Shown: in pieces, positions 10,430-20,110 of the stretch | Numbering within the stretch: the first letter of the stretch is position 1 | How the letters are laid out: each line of letters starts with the position of its first letter | DNA from: Mobula birostris | Lineage: Eukaryota | DNA length: 64,000 nt | Assembly (NCBI RefSeq): GCF_030028105.1 | Contig: NC_092379.1 | Location: 20,499,309 to 20,563,308, forward strand | Direction: 5' to 3' | Program-made: the position numbers and the translations under genes | The notes under the pieces: generated by a model | Database searches by the model: none | What the model was told of the DNA's origin: nothing | What the model saw: the letters and a program-made list of their open reading frames with translations, nothing else

Positions 10430-12524
10430 TGAAGTGAGGCCTCAACAGTGTTTTATAAAGTCTCAACATTACATCCTGGTTTTAATATTCCAATTCTCTG
10501 GAAATGAATGCTAACATCTCATTTACCTTCCTCACCACGGACTCAACTTGCAAATTAACCTTCAGAGAATCCCGCTCAAGGGCTCTCAATTCCTTTGTGC
10601 CTCAGAGTTTTGTACTTTCTGTCCACTCAGTCAATAGTTAAAGCTTTAATTTCTTCTACCAAAGAGCATGACCATACAATTGCTGACACTGTATTCCATC
10701 TGTCACTTCTTTGCCCAGTCTGCTAATCTGCTTCAGTCTTTCTGTAGCCTCTCTAAAAACTACCTGCCCCTCCCCCATGACAAACTCGCCAATAATTTCC
10801 TTTCTTCTGTCTCTCTCCCTTCTTGAAGAGTGGAGTGACATTTGCAATTTTCCAGTCCTCCATTCCAGAATCCAGTGCTTCTTGAAAGATCATTACTAAT
10901 GCCTCTATATTGTCTTCAGCCACCTCTTTCTGAATGTTGTGGTGTACACCATCTACTCCAGGTGACTCATCTCCCTCAGTTTCTCAAGAATCTTCTCCAT
11001 GGTAATGGTAGCACACTTCATGACCCCTGACACCTGGAACTTCTACCATGCTGATTGTGTCTTCCACAGTGAAGACTGATGAAATGTATTTATTCAGTTC
11101 TTCGGCCATTTCCTTGTCCCTCATTACCACCCTCCCAGCATCGTTTTCCAGTGGGCCGATATGACCTCTCACCTCTCTTTTACACTTCATATATCTGAAG
11201 AGACTGTTGGTATCCTCATTAATATTATTGGCTATCTAACTTTCGTATTCCACCTTTACCTTCTTACAGACTTTTTCAGTTACCTTATGCTGGTTCTCAA
11301 AAGCTTCCCATTCCTCCAGCTGTCATGGTCTTGTCCGTGACGTCTGCATTCCAGTTCACGGTCTGTTCAATCGATCCATATTCCGGGTTTTCCCTGTTTT
11401 CCCCAGTTCTATTGGGTGCCTTAACTGAGGCACCTGATTCTCGTTTTGGGCTGGCACATAAATACCTCTCAAACCAAGAATTCCCTGCTGGACTGTTCCC
11501 TTCCCCTGCCATCTGAAGCCCTGCCTGCATCCCCGTCAAGTTCAACTGCCAGAGTGAGACCGGAGCCTTGCCATGCCAAGATAAGGAACTATTTATTGTT
11601 GAGTTTGGAACTATCTCTTTGTGTCCCCGTGTTTAGTGTCTGTGTCAAAGAAGAGTCCCGGCCCTAGGTACTGTTCCCAAGGAGGGGTCCCGGCTCTGTG
11701 TTCTGTGTTCCAAGTTCCAGGCGCTGTTTTCCAGTCCTGTCCAAGTCTAGGCTTCGTGTTCTCATCCAGTCCAGGAGTCCCTTGGCAGTTTACCTCGGCA
11801 GTTCCCTTGGCAAGTATCCTCAGCAGAAAGGGTCCCGCCCCCGCGTCCCAGAGCCTAACAAAGCCGAGTCCAAGAGCCGAGCCAGAACTAGTCCAAGAGC
11901 CACGTCCTGCCCTGGAGTACCTCACGTCCAAGGCTCCGAGTGTCCAGTTGAAGTCCAAGGCTCTGTGTTCCAAGACCAAGCCTGGTCCAAGTCTGAGCTT
12001 TGTGTCCTCAACTAGTTCTGGTTCCTCAGCCAGCCCAGGGGTTCCTCACCCACCATTGGGGTACCTCGTCCTGACCTGTAGCCACGTCCTGTCCTTGCCA
12101 AGATCCTAGTCCCGAGTCCTAGCCCAGACCCGGGTTCCAGTTCTGAGTCCAAGTCCAAACCAAGACCCAGGTTCCGGGTCCTTGTCCAGGTTCTGGTTCC
12201 GGAGTTCCGTGTTCCTAGTCCAGGCTCCTCATTCCTAGTTCCCTGTCCGGGTCCTGTGTTTCTAGTCCAAGTCCCAGCCCTGGCCCTGAACCCTAGACTC
12301 ATCCAGGGACTGTGTCAATTTCAAGCATTGTCTCTTCCTTACTCACCTTCCTATCTCAATAAACCTAGTCTCTGTCTTGCTTTTGGGTCCGCCATCCATG
12401 CCCAGCTTATAACACTAACTTCCCAATAATTTCTGCTCAGTTATATGCCCTCTCTTTGGTTTTATGTTGGCTTTGACTTTCCTTGTTCGGCATGGCTGAG
12501 TCACCTTGCCTTTAGAATACTTTT
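10430..12524 (-). mobile_element. 3'-truncated CR1 ORF2 remnant hosting a solo LTR
   Basis: IGPLENDAGRVVMRDKEMAEELNKY..SVFTVED on the minus strand; sequence resumes after the LTR. Confidence 0.85.
11321..12414 (+). mobile_element. Solo LTR (~1.09 kb, probably Gypsy-type) with internal GTCC(A)AG-rich repeats
   Basis: Starts TGTCA and ends TAACA; CATAAATA box at ~11457; AATAAA at ~12358; degenerate 5-bp TSD CCAGC/CTAAC (CCAAC/CTAAC in the paralog). Confidence 0.85.
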
Positions 12525-12607
12525 CAAAGTTGCTGGTCAACGCAGCAGGCCAGGCAGCATCTCTAGGAAGAGGTGTAGTCGACGTTTCAGGCCGAGACCC
12601 TTCGTCA
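12524..12607 (-). mobile_element. Short PLE tail fragment at a rearrangement junction, hammerhead core truncated
   Basis: Minus strand TGACGAAGGGTCTCGGCCTGAAACGTCGAC..CAGCAACTTTGA; matches the short PLE insertions at 27640 and 51521. Confidence 0.85.
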
Positions 12608-13328
12608 TCACTGAATTGTGGCTGAAAGAAGATTATAGTTGGGAGCTTGATATCCAGGGATACACATTGTATCAAAAGGACAGGCAGGTTGGCAGAAGGC
12701 GAGGTGTGCCTGTGTTGGCAAAAAAAATTGTGGTGTGCCTGTATTGGCAAAAAATTAAATGAAATCATTTGAAAGAGGTGACATAGGATGGGAAGGTGTA
12801 GAATAATTCAGGGTATACCAAGGAGTATTATGGTTAAGGGTGATGAAATGAGAGCATGGATCAGTACATGGAACTACAATGTTGTAGGCATTACTGAAAT
12901 TTGGTTGACAGAGGGGCAGGAATGGGTGATTAATGTACCAGGTTTTTGAAGTTTTAGAAAAGATAGAGGAGGAGATAAAGTGGGGGTATTGCATTAACAG
13001 TCAGGGACAATATCACAGCTGCACGCAGAGGAGACATAATGGCGAGGTAAGAAACTGAGTCCATTTGATTGAAACTCAAGAACAGGCAGGGTACAATCAC
13101 ACTGATGGGATTGAACTTGGGGACGCAGCCTCAAGATTTGGGGGAGTAGATTTAGGATGGAAATGAGGAGAAACTGTTTATCCCAGAGAGTGGTGAATCT
13201 CTGTGAATTCAATGCCTAATGAAGCAGTGGAAGCTACCTCAGTAGATATATTTATGACAAGGTTGGATAGATTTTTGCATAGTAGTGGAATTAAGGATCA
13301 TGGGGAAAAGGCAGGTAGGTGGAGATGA
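12606..13328 (-). repeat. Inverted duplication of 25745-26466 (CR1-derived sequence)
   Basis: Near-identical translated frames (MNSQRFTTLWDK.., MQYPHFISSS..) on opposite strands; shares a diagnostic ~27-bp tandem duplication with 26319-26370. Confidence 0.95.
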
Positions 13329-13888
13329 AAATCAAACGTAGGTTCAAAGGTTCGACTTCTAATTTTCTCCGAACTAAGACATAGCATCACTTGAGAGAGC
13401 CATTGTGACAAAATGGGAGCCGATGTCTCCTTCCACTTCGACAAAATGGCCCTCCTAGCTATTAATGTAACAAGTGCAGTTACATGTTGGTCAGACAAAG
13501 AGATACCGTGGATATTTTGAGGAATTATTCCAAAAAGCACAGTTAATTTGTTAGGTTGTAAATTAGTTTTAAGTGCTTTAGAAATTGTAGAAAAAATTGA
13601 CTTCCAGAACTATTCCAGTATAGAACAGGAACAAAACATGTGTGTCAGTGTAGCTGTCTCAGTTTTACATCTATTACAATAACTATCAACATTAGGAAAC
13701 TCTTTAGACAATCTCTCCTACGTCAAATAGTAACGACGTACAATTTTAAATTGAATCAGTGAATGACTAGCACAGGTCGAAGAACAGTTAACCAATTTCA
13801 GAATCCGCGTCCAATCCTCCGTCATAGGAGTCAAATTAAGTTCCTTTTCCCAATCTTGTTTAATCTTAAATAAAGGACGCTTATCCCT

Positions 13889-16687
13889 TTGTGTGTCAAT
13901 GCAAGGAGCATTCGTAATAAGGTGGATGAATTGAAAGTGCAGCTTGTTATTAATGATTATGATATAGTTGGGATCACAGAGACATGGCTCCAGGGTGACC
14001 AGGGATGGGAGCTCAACGTTCAGGGATATTCAATATTTAGGAGGGATAGACATGAAGGAAGGGGAGGTGGGGTGGTGTTGCTGGTTAAAGAAGAGATTAA
14101 CACAATAGAAAGGAAGGACATAAGCCGGGAAGATGTGGAATCGATATGGGTAGAGCTGCGTAACACTAAGGGGCAGAAGACACTGGTGGGAGTTGTGTAC
14201 AGGCCACCTAACAGTAGTAGTGAGGTCGGAGGTGGTATTAAACAGGAAATTAGAAATGTGTGCAATAAAGGAACAGCAGTTATAATGGGTGACTTCAATC
14301 TACATGTAGATTGGATGAACCAAATTGGTAAAGGTGCTGAGGAAGAGGATTTCTTGGAATGTATGCGGGATGGTTTTTTGAACCAACATGTCGAGGAACC
14401 AACTAGAGAGCAGGCTATTCTGGACTGGGTTTTGAGCAATGAGGAAGGGTTAATTAGCGATCTTGTCGTGAGAGGCCCCTTGGGTAAGAGTGACCATAAT
14501 ATGGTGGAATTCTTCATTAAGATGGAGAGTGACATAGTTAATTCAGAAACAAAGGTTCTGAACTTAAAGAGGGGTAACTTTGAAGGTATGAGACGTGAAT
14601 TAGCTAAGATAGACTGGCAAATGACACTTAAAGGATTGACGGTGGATATGCAATGGCAAGCATTTAAAGGTTGCATGGATGAACTACAACAATTGTTCAT
14701 CCCAGTTTGGCAAAAGAATAAATCAAAGAAGGTAGTGCACCCGTGGCTGACAAGAGAAATTAGGGATAGTATCAATTCCAAAGAAGAAGCATACAAATTA
14801 GCCAGAGAAAGTGGCTCACCTGAGGACTGGGAGAAATTCAGAGTTCAGCAGAGGAGGACAAAGGGCTTAATTAGGAAGGGGAAAAAAGATTATGAGAGAA
14901 AACTGGCAGGGAACATAAAAACGGACTGTAAAAGCTTTTATAGATATGTAAAAAGGACAAGACTGGTAAAGACAAATGTAGGTCCCCTGCAGACAGATAC
15001 AGGTGAATTGATTATGGGGAGCAAGGACATGGCAGACCAATTGAATAATTACTTTGGTTCTGTCTTCACTAGGGAGGACATAAATAATCTTCCAGAAATA
15101 GTAGGGGACAGAGGGTCCAGTGAGATGGAGGAACTGAGCGAAATACATGTTAGTAGGGAAGTGGTGTTAGGTAAATTGAAGGGATTGAAGGCAGATAAAT
15201 CCCCAGGGCCAGATGGTCAGCATCCCAGAGTGCTTAAGGAAGTAGCCCAAGAAATAGTGGATGCATTAGTGATAATTTTTCAAAACTCGTTAGATTCTGG
15301 ACTAGTTCCTGAGGATTGGAGGGTGGCTAATGTAACTCCACTTTTTAAAAAAGGAGGGAGAGAGAAACCGGGGAATTATAGACCGGTTAGCCTAACGTCG
15401 GTGGTGGGGAAACTGCTGGAGTCAGTTATCAAGGATGTGATAACAGCACATTTGGAAAGCGGTGAAATGATCGGACAAAGTCAGCATGGATTTGTGAAAG
15501 GAAAATCATGTCTGACGAATCTCATAGAATTTTTTGAGGATGTAACTAGTAGAGTGGATAGGGGAGAACCAGTGGATGTGGTATATTTGGATTTTCAGAA
15601 GGCTTTTGACAAGGTCCCACACAGGAGATTAGTGTGCAAACTTAAAGCACACGGTATTGGGGGTAAGGTATTGGTGTGGGTGGAGAGTTGGTTAGCAGAC
15701 AGGAAGCAAAGAGTGGGAATAAACGGGACCTTTTCAGAATGGCAGGCGGTGACTAGTGGGGTACCGCAAGGCTCAGTGCTGGGACCCCAGTTGTTTACAA
15801 TATATATTAATGACTTGGATGAGGGAATTAAATGCAGCATCTCCAAGTTTGCGGATGACACGAAGCTGGGTGGCAGTGTTAGCTGTGAGGAGGATGCTAA
15901 GAGGATGCAGGGTGACTTGGATAGGTTGGGTGAGTGGGCAAATTCATGGCAGATGCAATTTAATGTGGATAAATGTGAAGTTATCCACCTTGGTGGCAAT
16001 AATAGGAAAACAGATTATTATCTGAATGGTGGCCGATTAGGAAAAGGGGAGGTGCAACGAGATCTGAGTGTCATTATACACCAGTCATTGAAAGTGGGCA
16101 TGCAGGTACAGCAGGCGGTGAAAAAGGCGAATGGTATGCTGGCATTTATAGCGAGAGGATTCGAGTACAGGAGCAGGGAGGTACTACTGCAGTTGTACAA
16201 GGCCTTGGTGAGACCACACCTGGAGTATTGTGTGCAGTTTTGGTCCCCTAATCTGTGGAAAGACATCCTTGCCATAGAGGGAGTACAAAGAAGGTTCACC
16301 AGATTGATTCCTGGGATGGCAGGATTTTCATATGATGAAAGACTGGATGAACTGGGCTTGTACTCGTTGGAATTTAGAAGATTGAGGGGGGATCTGATTG
16401 AAACGTATAAGATCCTAAAGGGATTGGACAGGCTAGATGCAGGAAGATTGTTCCCGTTGTTGGGGAAGTCCAGAACAAGGGGCCACAGTTTGAGGATAGA
16501 GGGGAAGCCTTTTAGGACCGAGATTAGGAAAAACTACTTCACACAGAGAGTGGTGAATCTGTGGAATTCTCTGCCACAGGAAACAGTTGAGGCCAGTTCA
16601 TTGGCTATATTTAAGAGGGAGTTAGATATGGCCCTTGTGGCTATGGGGGTCAGGGGGTATGGAGGGAAGGCTGGGGCGGGGTTCTGA
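13889..16687 (+). CDS. CR1/L3 LINE ORF2 (APE endonuclease + reverse transcriptase), uninterrupted 932 codons
   Basis: NARS, GITETW, MGDFN and SDH endonuclease motifs; YRPVSLTS, LDFQKAFD, GVPQGSVLGP and FADD RT motifs. The TTG start is partly flank-derived, so this is an open frame without a native ATG. Confidence 0.95.
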   Translation: MCVNARSIRNKVDELKVQLVINDYDIVGITETWLQGDQGWELNVQGYSIFRRDRHEGRGGGVVLLVKEEINTIERKDISREDVESIWVELRNTKGQKTLVGVVYRPPNSSSEVGGGIKQEIRNVCNKGTAVIMGDFNLHVDWMNQIGKGAEEEDFLECMRDGFLNQHVEEPTREQAILDWVLSNEEGLISDLVVRGPLGKSDHNMVEFFIKMESDIVNSETKVLNLKRGNFEGMRRELAKIDWQMTLKGLTVDMQWQAFKGCMDELQQLFIPVWQKNKSKKVVHPWLTREIRDSINSKEEAYKLARESGSPEDWEKFRVQQRRTKGLIRKGKKDYERKLAGNIKTDCKSFYRYVKRTRLVKTNVGPLQTDTGELIMGSKDMADQLNNYFGSVFTREDINNLPEIVGDRGSSEMEELSEIHVSREVVLGKLKGLKADKSPGPDGQHPRVLKEVAQEIVDALVIIFQNSLDSGLVPEDWRVANVTPLFKKGGREKPGNYRPVSLTSVVGKLLESVIKDVITAHLESGEMIGQSQHGFVKGKSCLTNLIEFFEDVTSRVDRGEPVDVVYLDFQKAFDKVPHRRLVCKLKAHGIGGKVLVWVESWLADRKQRVGINGTFSEWQAVTSGVPQGSVLGPQLFTIYINDLDEGIKCSISKFADDTKLGGSVSCEEDAKRMQGDLDRLGEWANSWQMQFNVDKCEVIHLGGNNRKTDYYLNGGRLGKGEVQRDLSVIIHQSLKVGMQVQQAVKKANGMLAFIARGFEYRSREVLLQLYKALVRPHLEYCVQFWSPNLWKDILAIEGVQRRFTRLIPGMAGFSYDERLDELGLYSLEFRRLRGDLIETYKILKGLDRLDAGRLFPLLGKSRTRGHSLRIEGKPFRTEIRKNYFTQRVVNLWNSLPQETVEASSLAIFKRELDMALVAMGVRGYGGKAGAGF

Positions 16688-16778
16688 GTTGGATGATCAG
16701 CCATGATCATAATAAATGGCGGTGCAGGCTCGAAGGGCCGAATGGCCTACTCCAGCACCTATTTTCTATGTTTCTATG
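13890..16778 (+). mobile_element. Young CR1 insertion (HER1-like tail), 5'-truncated at the ORF2 start
   Basis: 3' UTR GGGCCGAATGGCCTACTCC followed by (TTTCTATG)2; the host L1 resumes at 16779. Confidence 0.92.
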
Positions 16779-18689
16779 TAATAATAAATTATAAATTCTT
16801 CCAATGCAACCCTTCATCAAAGGGTTCATACTCGTAATAGTATCCAACAGGTCGGCATCCAATATGTAAGGAAAATTACTTAAATATTTTTGTAAGAAAT
16901 GTCTAACTTGAAGATATTGTAAAAACTGAGTATGAAAGAAAATATTTATCAACTAATTGTTCAAAAGACATCAGTCTATATTCTTTAAATAAATCCAGAA
17001 AAAGAATTAATACCTTTATTTTTCCAAAGTAAAAAAAGTTGGATCACTCAAAGAAAGCTTAAAAAACAAATTTTGATAAATTAAACTACAAAGTTTAAAT
17101 TTTTTAAGATTAAAAAAATTGCAGAACTGGAGCCAAATTTGTAAAGAATGCTAAATCACAGGGTATAAATTTAAATTAGCAACTTTAGCTAATTGTATAG
17201 GTAAAGCAGCTCCCAATAACGAGGTTAAATAAAACTGTTTCACAGCTTTCAATTCCAAGTCTACCCAAATTGCCCGATCGTTCTTATCAACCCAGTGTAA
17301 CCAGAAGGACATATATCGCACATTAACAGCCCAGTAATACATGCTTAAATTAGGCAAAGCGAGACCGCCATCCTTTTTCAACTTTTGTAAGTGACATTTA
17401 CTAATTCTTGGTCTTTTATTATTCCAAATAAAAGATAAAATAATAAAATCAATCCGATCAAAAAACTTCTTAGTCAGAAAAACAGCGATATTCTGAAATA
17501 AATATAAACATTTTGGTAAAATCATGATTTTGACTATATGGATGCGACCAACAAGTGAAAAGGTAAGTGGGTTCCATCTACTAAATAAATACTTCATAGA
17601 ATCCACCAAGGGAACAAAATTAGCTTTATAATGATCCTGATATTTTTTAATGATTATAACACCTAAATATCTAAAGGAATCTGTGACTTTGAAAGTATTA
17701 TCATATATAGAAACAGTTTCATTTAAAGGAAACAGTTCACTTTTACTAAATTTTATTTTATATCTTGAAAAATCTCCAAATTCATTAAATAATTTTAGCA
17801 AGGCAGGAATAGATTCCTCAGGATTGGATATTTAAACCATTAAATCATCAGCGTAAAGAGAAATCTCATGAATGGTCTCATTCACAAAATTCCCAAAAAT
17901 ATCTTTAGCTTCACGAAGAGCAATAGCAAGGGGTTCTAGTATTAAATTAAATAACAAAGGACTTAATAGACAACCTTGTCTTGTCCCCCGTGAAAGCTGA
18001 AAAAAGGGGATCTACAGTTATGAGTAATAACAGTAGCAATAGTTTTATATATCATTCTAATCCAATTATTAAAATTAATACCAAAGACAAATTTCTCTAA
18101 AACATTAAATAAATATTTCTATTCGACTTGATCGAACGCTTTTTCAGCATCCAAAGAGACAATGCATTGTGGAGTTTTAAAAGAGGACAAATATATGATG
18201 TTAAATAATCTCCAAACATTCGAAAAAGAATAACGACCCTTTATAAAGCCTGTTTGATCTTTAAAAATAATGGCCATTAACTTTGACAGAATCTTAGCAT
18301 TGACATTCAATAATGAAATAGGTCTATATGAGGCACAATCAGTAGGATCTTTATCCCTTTTAAGAACTAAAGAAATAGAAGCCTCATAAAAAGTAGAGGG
18401 TAAATCAGCTTTCACCAATGAATCCTTAAACAATTCCAACATATATGGAGAATGCAATTTTCCAAATTTTTTATAGAATTCTACAGGATAGCCATCACGC
18501 CCAGGGGCCTTACCAGATTGCATTAAAAAAATAGCTTTATAAATTTTGGCTTCAGTAATTTGGGCATCAAGAGATTTTTGATCCTCAACAGAAATTTGAG
18601 GAAAAGCAATCTTTTGTAAGAAAGCATTAATTTTAGAAGAATCTACTGGACAGAGTTATAAAGTTCAGTATAAAAATCTTGAAAAATCC

Positions 18690-18945
18690 ACACAGGTTTG
18701 AATGAGGTCCATAACAACTGCGGCATACTAGTTCAGATTCAAATATGAATCCCTGAATACGGTCCAGACCACCGATTCAAAGCAGTCCTGTAAGCACTCC
18801 TGTACTTCCCTGGTCCATACCTTCTTGGTCCTCACTACTGGTGCTGCAGTCTTCAGTCTCTGTCTATATTCAGGGAGTAGAAGTATAACCAGATGATCTG
18901 ACTTCCCAAAGTGAGGGCATGGAATAGCACAGTAGTCTGAAACTT
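18690..18945 (-). mobile_element. Rex1-type endonuclease-end fragment
   Basis: PHFGKSDHLVILLLPEYRQRLKTAAPVVRTKKVW on the minus strand. Confidence 0.7.
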
Positions 18946-19262
18946 CCTGAAAGATTAGGAGTTGTGGTCACTCTTCATCCACTGAAAGATCAGTTCCCTG
19001 GTCAGGCTCATTACCCGACACCAGGTACAGTATGGCCCCTACTTTCATTGGACCATGCACATACTGATTTGAGAAACCTTCCTGGATGCACCGAATAAAT
19101 TCAGCCCCATCTGAAACCCTTACACTAAGCAGGTCCCAGTTTATATGCGGAAATTTTAAAATGCCCATGACAACAACCCTATTATTTTTACACATTTCCT
19201 TAATCAGATTACATACCTGTTCCTCAGTGTCCTGGTGGCTATTAGGGGGTCTGTAGCACATA
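18946..19262 (-). mobile_element. CR1 endonuclease fragment
   Basis: CYRPPNSHQDTEEQ..FPHINWD..FIRCIQEGF..LVSGNEPDQ. Confidence 0.75.
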
Positions 19263-19274
19263 ACACATAGGAGC

Positions 19275-19960
19275 AGGAGGAGGCCATCTTTCTTTTTCAA
19301 TCTTTTTATTGGTTTCATAATGATAAACATACCATAGTATTGATACAGTTATTGGGATTACATTGTTATAATTAACATAGTTGAATATAAACCCAGTTGA
19401 CACATGGGTATTAAACCTCCCAATCATAGAGGATACAAATATAATGTACAAAAAAAATAGAAATAAAATCATGAAAAAGCAAAAAAAAATAAAAATATAC
19501 CCCAATAGAAAAACTAACCTAAACAGTGTTAATCAACCAAACTAAGAAAAAAAAGACATGGGCTGTTATGTAACATCAAAAAAAGGAACCATTAGTGTCG
19601 GCGACTCCGCTCCTCTCGACATATATTAAAAAGAATTTGAATACATTTGGAAAAGGTCAAATTACAACATATGGAAATGTTGAATAAATGGCCTCCAAGT
19701 CTTTTCGAATTTAGTAGAGGGATCATAAATAACACTGCTAATTTTTTCTAAGTTTAAACACAACATAGTTTGAGAGAACCAATGAAACGTAGTGGGAGAA
19801 TCAATCTCTTTCCAATTCAGCAAAATGGATCTTCTAGCCATCAATGTAAGAAATGCAATCATCCGACGAGCTGAAGAGGTTAAATGACTTGATTCTGTCA
19901 ATGATAACCCAAAAAATTGCAGTAGTAGGGTGAGGTTGTAAATCAATATTCAGAACAGTT
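19275..19960 (-). mobile_element. L1 3' end with 3' UTR and A-rich tail
   Basis: AFLTLMARRSILLNWK..LEKI..KTWRPFIQHF*, then a T-rich UTR and AATAAAAAGATTGAAAAAG. Confidence 0.85.
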
Positions 19961-20110
19961 TATTGTGGGATTTTTTTCACACATTTTCTGTATTTTTTCC
20001 CCATTACGGAGTTCCGGAGCATGCGCGTTTTCTATTTGGTTCTATTTATCCCCGCCATCTTTGATTAGCCCGCGGTGGTCTGCGTGTATTGTGTTTAAGA
20101 ATAATATCCA

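Larger units (their letters stand above)
1..12524 (+). repeat. Segmental duplication, copy 1 (left end lies outside the window)
   Basis: Collinear with 25871-37794: same order of CR1, Nimb, element X, PLE, LTR, Rex, CR1 and solo LTR; about 92-93% identity in a hand-counted ~200-bp sample. Confidence 0.95.
13329..18685 (-). mobile_element. L1-clade LINE ORF2 remnant, truncated at both ends and interrupted by a CR1
   Basis: MQSGKAPGRDGYPVEFYK, SYRPISLLN, SLDAEKAFD, LYADD and GGLALPN motifs. Confidence 0.9.

Noticed and set aside
11800-12300. CRISPR-like or satellite array
   Set aside because: Short, irregular, degenerate units without unique spacers, inside an LTR in a eukaryotic context
11611-12302. 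Several 96-162 aa Pro/Ser/Gly-rich ORFs (also at 36833-37428)
   Set aside because: They lie inside the repetitive solo LTR, are open on both strands and are not conserved in frame between the paralogs
14020-16299. Antisense ORFs up to 258 aa
   Set aside because: Shadow frames of the CR1 ORF2; the same applies to 4464-5099 opposite the Rex1
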